In this document: positions 50,482 to 60,570 of the stretch, piece after piece
Layout of the letters: every line of letters starts with the position of its first letter
How positions within the stretch are numbered: the first letter of the stretch is position 1
Origin: a bacterium
GTDB lineage: Bacteria; SAR324; NAC60-12
Direction: 5' to 3'
DNA length: 64,000 nucleotides
NCBI GenBank assembly: GCA_965205865.1
Contig: CBDBHR010000029.1
Location: 448,001-512,000 of the forward strand
Translations under genes and position numbers: made by a program
The notes under the pieces: generated by a model
What the model was told of the DNA's origin: nothing
Seen by the model: the letters and a program-made list of their open reading frames with translations, nothing else
Database searches by the model: none

Positions 50482-53172
50482 TTATATTGTCGCATCTTTG
50501 TATGCCTTGAATCCATCAAGCAGTTGCAGAAATGTCTTCGGTGAATACTTCTGAAAGCCTTCTTCGTCAACATAAACGAAATCATACGAAACAGCAGACC
50601 GGGTTTTGTTGATATCCTCGCACCACTGTCGCAGTCGCTGCATCTTCGGTGATACATGCAGGTCTACTTGTCCTTTGGTCTCGGCGACAATGACGTGTCC
50701 ATCATTCAGTTTCACCAGAAAATCCGGGTAATAATTGGCGATTTCGCCATCGGCATTGACATAGTCGAGTGTGAAATGCACGGCCAGGTAATTTTTCGCG
50801 TAGGACACGACGTCGGGGCAGTTTTCCAGAAATCCGGCGAATTCCAGTTCAAATCGACTATCTCCAATGATTTTGTTGAATACGGATTTTTTAGGAATCA
50901 AATAGGCCTGGTCTTTGACCACGAAAGGCCGCGTGTGCCGTATTAGGATGGTGTCACTGATCTGCGCGTTGCCCTTGTCATGAACCGTGAGCGCGTTGAT
51001 AGCGTTTTTGAAGGATTGGATTACGGTTTTTGTGGCAACAGGTTCCGACAGATTGCGTAAGGTATTGGCTGAATTCAACTCCACCGTTCTGCCGAACAGT
51101 TTGTTCTGCGCAAAATCTTTCACCTTCCCGTAGAGCACGTCATAACCGCTAACCAGTCGCAGTTCATTCATGAGGGTGCGGGCAAAATAACCGATCACGC
51201 CGCGATAATCCGCGACACCGGCACCATCCAATTGCGTGGTGTGGGTAATCGCACCCGTCGTGATGTCTCTGAAAACGATCTCCCGTTGCTCCTCTTCACT
51301 GAATTGTTGATACGGCACGAACACAAAATCCAATCGGGCAACGTTCAGCTTCGCCAAATTCCCGTACTCCCGGTAAATGCGCCGCGTAAGTACGGGAATG
51401 GCAATGTCCAGCGCATCGATATCCTTTCGGGGATTGTCTTCGTCCACTTCAACCACGAGCGGCGTTTTGGGCTTGGTGTCCGCACCCATGGCCTGACGCT
51501 TCAATTCCACGCCTTCCGCTTGAATTGACTCGACGAATTCCATAAAGGCGTCGGTGCCGATGACGCTGACCGCTTCATCCTCCGTGTCGGGGTACATCTT
51601 GCGAAGCCCGCGCCCCAAGGTCTGTTCGGGTAAAATGTTACTCTTGGCGGAATAGGCTCGTAGTCCCACAATGGTAGTGACGTTCCTGACGTCCCAACCT
51701 TCCTTGAGCACCAGCACCGAAACAATGGCCTTGTACGGGCTTTCTTGCGAATCGATGGTATTCGCCAGTTTACGAAGTTGTTCGAGTTCTTCTTTCTTCT
51801 TTCCGGACGTTACTTCGGAGATTTCGCCATTTTGTTTGGTGTGAATCACCAGCACGGCGTTTTTCAGATCGGGATAGCGGTTTTCGAGATAGTCTGCCAC
51901 GTCATCGCAGTTCCGGGTGTCATCGGTCATCACGAACAGAATGGCTTTCCGGCCCATCTTTTCATGTTCCGCATACGCCTTACGCCATTCGACGACGCCG
52001 AGTTCGAGGTAGTCTGCGTATTTCTCGGTATACTTCGCGCTTTGCCGCTCGGTGAGTTTGGCTCGGCTGGGAGCATCGGGAAGTACCGGATGCTTGACCA
52101 CGTTTTGCGAGATCGCTTCCACGAGGGGGTAGTCCGCCACCGTCTGTACGAAAATCGCTCCGTTGTTGTGCCGGGGGGTTGCGGTTACGTCCACTTGCAA
52201 GGCCAGTGCGCTCTCTTTCTGTAACAAGCGGTTGTGAATGTCTTCGATGGACTTGAACCAAGCCAGCTTCGAATCGTGGAGATGGTGCGCTTCGTCGTTC
52301 AACACCATCAGTTCATCGACGTCGCGCACGATCATCCCCAGGTCCACCCGAGAATCCGTGGTTGCGCCCACAGGTCGTTTACCCAGGAAGTATTCCATGC
52401 TGTTTTCGTCATCGGGTGATGGCAAGGAGTCGTCACTGGAATAGACGCGGTGGATGTTACTCAGAAAAATATTGCCGGTGGCTCGCGTGACGCGCACCTC
52501 GTCCTGCAAGTGCAGGGTCAGTTGAAAATCGTCACGCCAATTGCGAGCCTGGTAGCCGTTTTCGGGAAGCACCGGGTCGTGAAAGAAGACCCGCAATCCT
52601 TGAAAATCCCGGAAGATACGGTCCAGCACGATGATATTGGGAGCAATGACCAGGAAATTACGTGAGAGCTCGGAGCTTTGTTCGTACAGTTTATGGAAGA
52701 AACTCCAGGCAATCACCAGGCTCATCACTTTTGTTTTTCCCGTACCCGTCGCCAGTTTCACCACGAAGCGTCGCCAGCTTTCGTCGAACATTCCGGATGA
52801 AACAACACCGGAACTGTCAAAACGCATCAGGTCGAATTTGTCTTTCACTCCCACCACGTCGTGCAAGTAGATGATGGTTTCCAGTGCCTCGCGCTGGGCG
52901 AAGTAATACTGAAACTCCGCTATTCTGCCGTCAGCCTTTGGTAACAGGTGCCGTTCCTTGAACCACCAATTCAGCAGACTCTTGCTGGTATCGCTTGCCC
53001 CCAGGTAGCCGCTCTCCCGGAATTCCTTCACCTTGCGCCGAAGCTGCGCCACCAGAGGAGGCATCAGCTTGTCCATGTTGGTGTTACCCAAGGCCTCGCC
53101 GGCCGGGAACCAGCGGATATCCGGGTTGAGTATCTTGTGAGGAGACTTGGGGAAATCAGGATGAAGTGCCAT
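50482..53172 (-). CDS. res: Type III restriction enzyme Res subunit
   Basis: ATGTGKT (Walker A), DEAHH, EGWD, Q.LGRGLR, C-terminal YYPDF...ETKG nuclease. Confidence 0.9.
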   Translation of the reverse strand: MALHPDFPKSPHKILNPDIRWFPAGEALGNTNMDKLMPPLVAQLRRKVKEFRESGYLGASDTSKSLLNWWFKERHLLPKADGRIAEFQYYFAQREALETIIYLHDVVGVKDKFDLMRFDSSGVVSSGMFDESWRRFVVKLATGTGKTKVMSLVIAWSFFHKLYEQSSELSRNFLVIAPNIIVLDRIFRDFQGLRVFFHDPVLPENGYQARNWRDDFQLTLHLQDEVRVTRATGNIFLSNIHRVYSSDDSLPSPDDENSMEYFLGKRPVGATTDSRVDLGMIVRDVDELMVLNDEAHHLHDSKLAWFKSIEDIHNRLLQKESALALQVDVTATPRHNNGAIFVQTVADYPLVEAISQNVVKHPVLPDAPSRAKLTERQSAKYTEKYADYLELGVVEWRKAYAEHEKMGRKAILFVMTDDTRNCDDVADYLENRYPDLKNAVLVIHTKQNGEISEVTSGKKKEELEQLRKLANTIDSQESPYKAIVSVLVLKEGWDVRNVTTIVGLRAYSAKSNILPEQTLGRGLRKMYPDTEDEAVSVIGTDAFMEFVESIQAEGVELKRQAMGADTKPKTPLVVEVDEDNPRKDIDALDIAIPVLTRRIYREYGNLAKLNVARLDFVFVPYQQFSEEEQREIVFRDITTGAITHTTQLDGAGVADYRGVIGYFARTLMNELRLVSGYDVLYGKVKDFAQNKLFGRTVELNSANTLRNLSEPVATKTVIQSFKNAINALTVHDKGNAQISDTILIRHTRPFVVKDQAYLIPKKSVFNKIIGDSRFELEFAGFLENCPDVVSYAKNYLAVHFTLDYVNADGEIANYYPDFLVKLNDGHVIVAETKGQVDLHVSPKMQRLRQWCEDINKTRSAVSYDFVYVDEEGFQKYSPKTFLQLLDGFKAYKDATI

Positions 53173-53184
53173 AGATCATAGTGC

Positions 53185-53661
53185 TTAAAAACGCCATTTC
53201 TCAAGTTTCATGAATCCTTCGAGATCAACACAATCCACATCGAAGTGTTTACATACATTTGGAATTTGCGCTGCATTGGGTTTGTCTTTTTCGGTCGTTA
53301 CGACACAAGCATTTTCCAGGAATTTGGCCCGCGCAATAACAAATGGATCGGCGACCGGACGTCCTTGCAGCCGCTCCTTTTTGCGGATCATCATCTGGAA
53401 GTGAGGGACATTGAATATCTTCGTGACAATCGCTAGTTCTGCTGCAGTTGGCGTTATGAATACTTTTTCTCGATTCACCTTACACCAACTTGCCAAGGTG
53501 TCCTCGGCCGCCTTCAATTCGTTAAAGACTTCTCGCGTTGAAGTGATCCTACAGTCTTCAATCATCTCGTCAAAGTGTTTCCATAGCGAGGGAAATCGTT
53601 CGCGATAAAAGTGATTGAAAAGAATAATCAGCGGACCACTATCGAATACATAGACTGTCAC
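53185..53661 (-). CDS. DUF4411-family PIN-like protein
   Basis: YVFDS..I......FP.LW...EV..EL...ADPFVIA.A....VVT.E....IP.VC; GTGA overlap with the upstream gene. Confidence 0.85.
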   Translation of the reverse strand: MTVYVFDSGPLIILFNHFYRERFPSLWKHFDEMIEDCRITSTREVFNELKAAEDTLASWCKVNREKVFITPTAAELAIVTKIFNVPHFQMMIRKKERLQGRPVADPFVIARAKFLENACVVTTEKDKPNAAQIPNVCKHFDVDCVDLEGFMKLEKWRF

Positions 53662-54848
53662 GTCGTAGTCCCCTGATTGAACAACCATTCTTCCAATTGA
53701 GGCACATTTTTCGTTTTTAAGTCCAGAAAGTCTGCAGTTTGCTCGACGGTAATGCGCCCCTTGTGATAATGGCTGAAGACGGCTTCAATATACTTCTCAC
53801 CAAGATAAGAACCTTTGTTCCGATAATAATCACCTCCGGAACCACCACGTTCTTTTCGTTCATTCCACCATTGCCGCGTCTTCTTTTCGTAATCCTGCTG
53901 GCTGACTTGACCCCAATCGAGAAGTCGCCGCAAAATGGTTTCTCGACTCACACTATAAAAATCAGCCAATTCTTCAATTGTACTGTCAAGAATGGGCATT
54001 CCTGCTGAACGCGATTGGAAATCCGAAGAAGGCACCAGAAACTCGGAGGCAAATTGATTGCAAAGAATTTCTGTTTGTTTGTTGTCACCGGTCAAATGCT
54101 CAATATAATCGTCTCGCCAGGTATCCACTCCACCAGTTTGCATCAGTAAATGCGCCAGCTCATGGAACAGTGTAAAAATCTGCCGGGTCTTTGTATTGTT
54201 GTTGTTGACATAGATTACCGGAAAATTCACGTCATACATGCTGAATCCGGAAAAAGAATTGGCGTCAGGCTCCGTTTTCTTCTTTCCCGGGGGATTGAAG
54301 GTGTCCTTGAATACAAAAACACCATGATCTTCTAAAGCCATCCTCCAATGTTTAAAAGCGTCATCGGTATTTTGCCAACTCTGTTGATGAGTGAGTTGGA
54401 TGCCCAGATAGCCCCGGACTCTATCTGCCATTTTGGTAGCAGCAATAGAGGTGGTGAAGTCAAGATCACGCAGTATCAGGCTGTTTCCCGGATTCACGTT
54501 TTCATACAACTCAGAAAGATTCAGTTGTAATACCTTAGCTTTACGAAGAAGGTAAAGCATACGAGATGGGATGCGTTGCAACTCTTTTTCTGGCAAAGTG
54601 CGAAACGATTGTTCTATTGTTTCCTCTTCTGGTACTTCAGGGAAAAAGAATAGAGCAATAGGGCGTTTGTAGATATCGTATGCCAGGGTTTCCAACTGGA
54701 CATAGGTTGGTGATGCCTCACCACGTTCCCAAGCCTCTATCTCAGTCACTTTTTTCTTCATTCGCTTCGCCACATCCTTCAGTGAGAGATTCAGACTGAC
54801 ACGCGCCCAACATAGTACTTTTGGATTAATAGGAATTGGCTGGCTCAT
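53658..54848 (-). CDS. XRE-HTH plus ImmA/IrrE Zn-metallopeptidase
   Basis: N-terminal HTH (WERGE..PT..QL), FTLFHELAH (HExxH), E..CN.FA.EFL.P, VS.E..L.RL. Confidence 0.92.
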   Translation of the reverse strand: MSQPIPINPKVLCWARVSLNLSLKDVAKRMKKKVTEIEAWERGEASPTYVQLETLAYDIYKRPIALFFFPEVPEEETIEQSFRTLPEKELQRIPSRMLYLLRKAKVLQLNLSELYENVNPGNSLILRDLDFTTSIAATKMADRVRGYLGIQLTHQQSWQNTDDAFKHWRMALEDHGVFVFKDTFNPPGKKKTEPDANSFSGFSMYDVNFPVIYVNNNNTKTRQIFTLFHELAHLLMQTGGVDTWRDDYIEHLTGDNKQTEILCNQFASEFLVPSSDFQSRSAGMPILDSTIEELADFYSVSRETILRRLLDWGQVSQQDYEKKTRQWWNERKERGGSGGDYYRNKGSYLGEKYIEAVFSHYHKGRITVEQTADFLDLKTKNVPQLEEWLFNQGTTT

Positions 54849-54957
54849 ACTGTCATTGCCACAATAGTCATTGTACTATTACCAAGAATGTCCACCACGT
54901 TATTTGCCTCGAAATTGCATAATAGAAGTAGCGAACAATAGATTTAATTGTCACCAT

Positions 54958-55494
54958 TCAAACCAGCAAACGTCGATTCGCTGTCAGAACGGGTATTCCC
55001 CGACCTCTGAAATCAGCATCATTTGTCATCAGTGTCAATCCCTTGCTTTTGCAGAGTTCCGTTATAACCTGATCATTGAAGTCGGAATTACCTTGGGCAT
55101 AATCATTAAGCACATCATCAATTTTCAATTTGTCAAATCCACTGTCTATCTGTGAACAATGCTTCATAAAATTCTTGACATCGGCAGTAATATTTTGAGC
55201 AACTGGTTTGAAATATGAACTCTTGCGGAAATCTTTAAATTCTTTTTGCGTTGCTTTATTTCTCCATATAATTCTGGCATAGGTGTTAATAAACTCCGAA
55301 ATGATAAGGACATCAATGTAAATACGGCTTTTGGCTTTAAGAATACGCCTAAAAGCCTTAGAATAAACCCTCACGTGGTTGGGAGCCTTTGGACTTTGTG
55401 GTCCATAAAAATACAGCCAGATATTGGCATCCAGAAACAATTTGTCTTTGGAAGTAAAATTGTAATTGTTCACCCGTATTGCTTTATGCGTCAT
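54958..55494 (-). CDS. PIN-domain ribonuclease
   Basis: FLDANIW, ISEF, DFND, TNDADF acidic tetrad. Confidence 0.85.
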   Translation of the reverse strand: MTHKAIRVNNYNFTSKDKLFLDANIWLYFYGPQSPKAPNHVRVYSKAFRRILKAKSRIYIDVLIISEFINTYARIIWRNKATQKEFKDFRKSSYFKPVAQNITADVKNFMKHCSQIDSGFDKLKIDDVLNDYAQGNSDFNDQVITELCKSKGLTLMTNDADFRGRGIPVLTANRRLLV

Positions 55495-55849
55495 CGTCCT
55501 CATCCTCCAGCGTCTCGCGAACTACCTGGTCGAATCTCTGCGGATCCTTGAAATACATTTTGGCCGTGTCAACGACGCGCTTCAACAGTTCCCGATCATC
55601 TGGCTCTATGTCTTCCACCTTCAGCAGGGAACGAATTTGTTCTTCGCTGAAGGTCCCATACAATTGACCAATGGCGGCATTCAGAAAGGCCGAGGTCAAC
55701 GTAGAAACATTTCGAAATGAAAGTGCGACCTTAAAGTGCTCTTTAAGAGCGAAATCAAGGCGGTCATAGACTTTCTGACCGTCGCCGGAAGCCACGCACA
55801 GGGGGCTGCCCACTACTTCAAATATGGCTATTGTAATCTCTTTTTGCAT
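55484..55849 (-). CDS. STAS-like domain protein (DUF4325-like)
   Basis: G..VY......VALSFRNVSTLTSAFLNAAIG.L; AGGAGGTG RBS overlaps the upstream stop. Confidence 0.8.
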   Translation of the reverse strand: MQKEITIAIFEVVGSPLCVASGDGQKVYDRLDFALKEHFKVALSFRNVSTLTSAFLNAAIGQLYGTFSEEQIRSLLKVEDIEPDDRELLKRVVDTAKMYFKDPQRFDQVVRETLEDEDDDA

Positions 55850-55858
55850 AGTCACCTC

Positions 55859-56731
55859 CTAAAAAATGTCCTCTTCGGTTAGCTCGGAAGCAAGGGCGTA
55901 AGACTGTGTGTCCGCCGTATTGATTTCCACACTTACTACAGTACCGGGGAAAGGATAGTTTAACGTTGAGGTAAAAATTTCCCCTTTTTCTCGCTTCCAA
56001 AAACCTGTATCTGAAACAATCTGAATGCGGCCACCATTCAGGTCAATGAACTCACATAACAACTTCAGTCCCAATCCACCCGGAACATTGCCCTGCTTGG
56101 TCGTGTTATTGGCGTTGGTAGCCCAGATAATCGCCTTTTCCGACGAAAGTTCAAGTCCGGTATGGTCTATTATATTTTGACGCATACCCACTCCTAGATC
56201 AGCCACTGTAAAATCAAGACGATGTTTAGTAGGAAAAAACTGTCCACAACTAAAGATTCCTAACTTAGTACGCGAATGCAATACGGCATTGCTGAATATC
56301 TCAAAGATGCTCTCGCGGAATTTTTTTAACAACCCTGAAGTCATTTCAGGCATTTCGGAACGGTTTATAAACTCGTTTTCAATATAACCTGCGAAATAGC
56401 GGTCATCTTCAACATCAAATCGTTGATAGGAAATGGTCGTTCCCCAAGAATCCGAGATTTGCTGCCGACCATAGTGACTCAAGAATCCGTTTTTTGAAAG
56501 AATACGTTCAACTCCGGGCCGGATATTGAGCAAATTGATTGTGTTCAAATTGTTTCCCAAGAGGTAAAGTATTGCGCCAAGTGCCGCGCACATATCAGCA
56601 TCAAACCAATGAGTTGCGCTCATGTCAATTTCGACATCAGCAAAAAAACATTCTCTGGTCCGTGCATGGAGATACGCCAATTCTTTAAAACTTTCCTCGT
56701 CATGATGAATCACCGGTAGAGGGAATCTCAT
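55859..56731 (-). CDS. STAS-like N-domain plus GHKL/HATPase (anti-sigma-kinase-like) protein
   Basis: IDMS...WFD (STAS-like); [10 protein letters not shown] (N box), DLGVG (G1), GGLGL (G2), PGT (G3); no HisKA or TM segment. Confidence 0.8.
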   Translation of the reverse strand: MRFPLPVIHHDEESFKELAYLHARTRECFFADVEIDMSATHWFDADMCAALGAILYLLGNNLNTINLLNIRPGVERILSKNGFLSHYGRQQISDSWGTTISYQRFDVEDDRYFAGYIENEFINRSEMPEMTSGLLKKFRESIFEIFSNAVLHSRTKLGIFSCGQFFPTKHRLDFTVADLGVGMRQNIIDHTGLELSSEKAIIWATNANNTTKQGNVPGGLGLKLLCEFIDLNGGRIQIVSDTGFWKREKGEIFTSTLNYPFPGTVVSVEINTADTQSYALASELTEEDIF

Positions 56732-58941
56732 ACGGTCACCTCCACGATCGTCATGGTGTCGTTACCAAAAATGTCCACCACTTTGACGGCGAGCTTGCGT
56801 CGTCCGGTCGGACATTCGTGGGCGACGCTGGTCAATTCCAACGTCCGGTCTTTTTTGGTACGGAAACTCTGCCACTCGTTCTCGAAGACGTAATCGCCGG
56901 TCCACTGTTCTTCCCACTGACCCGTTTCGGGATCTTGCGCGCGGATGATTTCACGTTTGCTCTCGAAGTCGAAATCCACCGACCAGTAATCGATCCAATC
57001 CGTCCAGTGCCGGGTCAGCATTTCGCGTTGGACGATCCCGTTCGCATCGATTCGCACTTTGACGATCTGTCCCTTTTCCACCACGATTTTACTACCGGCT
57101 TTCCTGTTCGCCGACAAGGACGTCTCGGCAACGGCAATCGAATCCTGCGAGTAGAACACCGAAAAATCGCTCAACTCCACCGCCACCGTGGGAGACGCGC
57201 CCTTCTTACCCGCACTGACATGTGGCTTGACTTCGATGAATGCCACGTCATGGAACACCACCTGATTGCGCTCCACCGCCCGCTTGTCGAATACCTCGGC
57301 GGGAATGTATTTGGGCGCGACGTCGATGCCCCTGGCACGAGCTTCGTCCAGCACGTTGGGAAACAGTCCCATCTCGAACTCGAAGCCGAGGATGTCCACC
57401 CTGGTGATGCGATTCTTGCGGCACTCGAGGATAATTTCTTCCACGTACAACCTGGTGACGGGTAGGTTCACCGGCCCCACCGCCACCAGCCGACCCGCTT
57501 TCCTGCCGTGGAAAGCGACGAAGTGCGCAATCTTTTCCGCTTGGTAGGCGCGCAGGATCAGGTCCAGGAAGGTGGCTTCCTTTTCTTGCAATTGCTTCTG
57601 CTGCTCGGCTTCGCGCAGGTTGGGATTGACGCCGATGTAGTGTTGCCGCTCGTACTTACCGAGGTTGAGGATTTCAAAGGCGCGGTAGTCCTTACCCTTG
57701 GCCTTGAGTCGACGCTGCACGCCGATCATGCGCTTGCGCGTGGTGTGGATGGCGAACTTGCCGAGATCGCTGCAAATCCACTTGCGCCCCAGTTTCTCCG
57801 CCACCGCCGCCGTGGTGCCGGAACCACAGAAGAAATCGGCGACCAGATCGCCTTCGTTGGAAGAAGCTTTGATGATGCGCTCGATGATTTCTGAAGGCTT
57901 TTGAGTAGGGTAACCAGTCCTGTCTTTAGCAACTTGATTTAACTGTGGAATATCGTCCCAATAATCCAAACATAATGTCCCATCCTTCATGTAATAGCGC
58001 ATTACCAATTCCGGGTTTGTCTTTTCCCAATCCGGTGACACATCACGTGCTCCTTTTATAGGACTATCTCTAATAAAACGCCCAATCAATCTATAAGGAC
58101 CTTTTTCATCTTCGTATTTGTATCTTGCTTTTTGCTCATCATTTAGTGGCTTCATAACCGATTGGAAGTTGTAGATCCAACTATTAGATTTTGTGTAAAA
58201 ATATATTGTGTCATGGCGCCTACCATAAGCAACCTTAGGGATTCGACCTCCTGTATAACACCATGAAATTTCGTTTCTAAATCCAGCTTTGTCATTGTCT
58301 CCACCTTTTCCAAAGATATCATCTAGCACTAACCGAATCATGCTATTTACACGAGGATCACAATGCACATAAATGCTTCCATCTTCGGCCAGTAGATCTC
58401 GCATGAGAATCAATCGTTCGTAGATCATAGCGATGAAGGAATCCGCGCCTTTGCCCCAGGTGTCGCGGTAGGCGATTTCTTCGAGGATGTTCGGTTTTTT
58501 GGTGAAGGTATCTCCGCCGATCTCGATATCCATGGAAAAATCAGCGCCGACGTCGAAGGGCGGGTCGATATAGATCAGTTTGAGGCCGCCCTGATTTTCG
58601 ATTTCCTCGCGCAGGGGTCCGTTCTTCAGGGAGGACAAAATCAACTTGTTGTCGCCCCAGATGAGCTTGTTGGTCCAGCCACTGAGTTGGCGCCCGCGCT
58701 CATCGAAGAGGGACATCTGGGTTTGCGTGTCCTCGGTTTTTTCCGCCCTCGGCTCGTCCACCTGTTCGATGGTCTGAAAAGGGAGCACGACGTGGCAGAC
58801 CTCGTTGGTTTTGCCGTTCCAGACCAATTCCACTTCTCGTTTGTCCTCAAACAGCAGAAAACGGTACTTCTCCGGCAAGGGTTTGTCAGCTTCCAGAAAA
58901 CGGATGATTTCCTGTTGTTCCTGTTCCGTCAGTCGTGGCAT
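56728..58941 (-). CDS. mod: Type III R-M methyltransferase Mod (beta class, long C-terminal extension)
   Basis: IYIDPPF (motif IV), [18 protein letters not shown] (motif I). Confidence 0.92.
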   Translation of the reverse strand: MPRLTEQEQQEIIRFLEADKPLPEKYRFLLFEDKREVELVWNGKTNEVCHVVLPFQTIEQVDEPRAEKTEDTQTQMSLFDERGRQLSGWTNKLIWGDNKLILSSLKNGPLREEIENQGGLKLIYIDPPFDVGADFSMDIEIGGDTFTKKPNILEEIAYRDTWGKGADSFIAMIYERLILMRDLLAEDGSIYVHCDPRVNSMIRLVLDDIFGKGGDNDKAGFRNEISWCYTGGRIPKVAYGRRHDTIYFYTKSNSWIYNFQSVMKPLNDEQKARYKYEDEKGPYRLIGRFIRDSPIKGARDVSPDWEKTNPELVMRYYMKDGTLCLDYWDDIPQLNQVAKDRTGYPTQKPSEIIERIIKASSNEGDLVADFFCGSGTTAAVAEKLGRKWICSDLGKFAIHTTRKRMIGVQRRLKAKGKDYRAFEILNLGKYERQHYIGVNPNLREAEQQKQLQEKEATFLDLILRAYQAEKIAHFVAFHGRKAGRLVAVGPVNLPVTRLYVEEIILECRKNRITRVDILGFEFEMGLFPNVLDEARARGIDVAPKYIPAEVFDKRAVERNQVVFHDVAFIEVKPHVSAGKKGASPTVAVELSDFSVFYSQDSIAVAETSLSANRKAGSKIVVEKGQIVKVRIDANGIVQREMLTRHWTDWIDYWSVDFDFESKREIIRAQDPETGQWEEQWTGDYVFENEWQSFRTKKDRTLELTSVAHECPTGRRKLAVKVVDIFGNDTMTIVEVTV

Positions 58942-59065
58942 GAGTCACTATTCTAATGATTAATGGAGACCCCCCAAGTTGGGTGAATAACAATAGCAAA
59001 GTATTCAACCCGCCAGCATGGACGCCACGCGGGGGGCCAAAAATCTCGATGGCTCATTGGATATT

Positions 59066-59368
59066 TCAGAACAACGGTCTTGCAAAACGGTCGATATGTT
59101 CTTTCAATGGGGGGTGATGGATCAGTTCATACGCTTTGACGTCGACTTTATAAGGCAAACTGCTTTCTTGAAAGCAAGTCCACAAACGGTCATTCGTTGC
59201 TTCATCGAGTTTACCGTATAGCACCAGATCGATATCCGAATAACTCTTGTAAGTCCCGGTTGCCCTGGAACCAAACAAAGCTACGGATTCAACGGCAGGG
59301 GCGACGTCTTTGATAATTTCGCTGATCAAGCCGAGCTGCCTTTTGTTCAAACCATGAGCAATCATCAT
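59066..59368 (-). CDS. Minimal nucleotidyltransferase (MNT) antitoxin
   Basis: LFGSRA.G....SDIDL, LPYKVD. Confidence 0.9.
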   Translation of the reverse strand: MMIAHGLNKRQLGLISEIIKDVAPAVESVALFGSRATGTYKSYSDIDLVLYGKLDEATNDRLWTCFQESSLPYKVDVKAYELIHHPPLKEHIDRFARPLF

Positions 59369-59790
59369 TGCAACCGTCCATATTCTTCGGATAGTTTTTC
59401 ATACAACTCACCAAACAGGTTCAGATACTTTGCCTCTATTTGTTTTATAACGGAATCGAACTTACTGAAATCATAAGTATGACTCATTTTATTGCGCGCG
59501 TCCAAGGCGTTCATCCAGTCTTCTCCCTTGGACAGTAGTTTGGCAGCGACCGCTTCTTTAATTACGGCTCTCGGGGTGATTTGTTCAAAAACGACATTTT
59601 GGTTTTCCAGATAGTCTTTGACGGTCTTCCATGCGAGTTCCGTGCAGTACTCGAATCGTTGAATCAATCCTTCTTTGGCAAGTTGGTTCAGCTCTTCTTC
59701 TCGATAACTTTCCACCGCCTCTTGCAACAGAAAATACGCCCTCTTGAAATTATCGAATCGGTATTGCCAGCGTTTCTTTTCTGCCGTCAT
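59365..59790 (-). CDS. HEPN protein (HI0074-like), putative RNase toxin
   Basis: GLIQRFEY..ELAWK, PR..I, RNKMSH (R-x4-H). Confidence 0.9.
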   Translation of the reverse strand: MTAEKKRWQYRFDNFKRAYFLLQEAVESYREEELNQLAKEGLIQRFEYCTELAWKTVKDYLENQNVVFEQITPRAVIKEAVAAKLLSKGEDWMNALDARNKMSHTYDFSKFDSVIKQIEAKYLNLFGELYEKLSEEYGRLQ

Positions 59791-59827
59791 GGTAACTCCT
59801 CTTGATCAACTGAAGGAACAAAAGTTT

Positions 59828-60517
59828 TCAAATGTTGAAGCGGATTTCGATGATTTCCCGGGGTTGCACGATATAATCCCTGTCCGTTAGTTTGACCACC
59901 CCTTTTGATTTGCATTCGTTGAGATTGTGGCATCTCATATAATCTTCGAATGCAACCACGGTTCCTTTAATAAATCCCCGGGCCAGGTCGCTGTGAATTT
60001 TGGCGGCGCAGCTGAGGATGTCGGAGTTCTTTTTGACCAGCCAGGCATGCGCTTCATTAGGTGCCGAAGTGTAGAAAAACATATAGTCTGCCTTTTCCAA
60101 CGCTGACTCGATGACGGTGTTGACGGTTTCACCGCCTTCCAACTGTATGACCGGCTTGAAACTGAAGGGGGCCAAGGTACGGAGGACTCCTTTTTCCTCT
60201 TCGCTGAATCCTGCATCACAAAGCGGGATTTCCTGATCCAGCACTCGCAAACATTTATCCACCAGTTTTTTTTCACGAGGTTCCCCGACCCGGCTCAGTC
60301 GCGTTTCCATTTTTTCCATGTCCAGGATCAACAAGTCCAACAATTTGTCTTTGGGTAGCACAATGACTTCACACCGGTTGAATTCATCGCGGAACAACTC
60401 TGCAAAAAACGGGGCGATTTTTCGAGGTCTGTCTTTTTCTTGCAGCGCTGTCAGGTACTCATCGTGGTATTTGATCTTTCCTTCAGGCAATTCCATGCCG
60501 GTGAAAGCTATTTTCAT
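59828..60517 (-). CDS. YchF-related protein with a C-terminal TGS/DUF933 domain and no P-loop
   Basis: FFYT....HAW......AAKIHSDLARGFIK...DYIVQ..IIEIRFN; no GxxxxGKS. Confidence 0.75.
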   Translation of the reverse strand: MKIAFTGMELPEGKIKYHDEYLTALQEKDRPRKIAPFFAELFRDEFNRCEVIVLPKDKLLDLLILDMEKMETRLSRVGEPREKKLVDKCLRVLDQEIPLCDAGFSEEEKGVLRTLAPFSFKPVIQLEGGETVNTVIESALEKADYMFFYTSAPNEAHAWLVKKNSDILSCAAKIHSDLARGFIKGTVVAFEDYMRCHNLNECKSKGVVKLTDRDYIVQPREIIEIRFNI

Positions 60518-60570
60518 GATCACGCTCCGCAAAAACGGGGGAGACGAAACAAATCCATATCCCCTTTTTC

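Noticed and set aside
56818-57465. 215-aa plus-strand ORF inside mod
   Set aside because: Antisense shadow of the GC-rich mod C-terminus.
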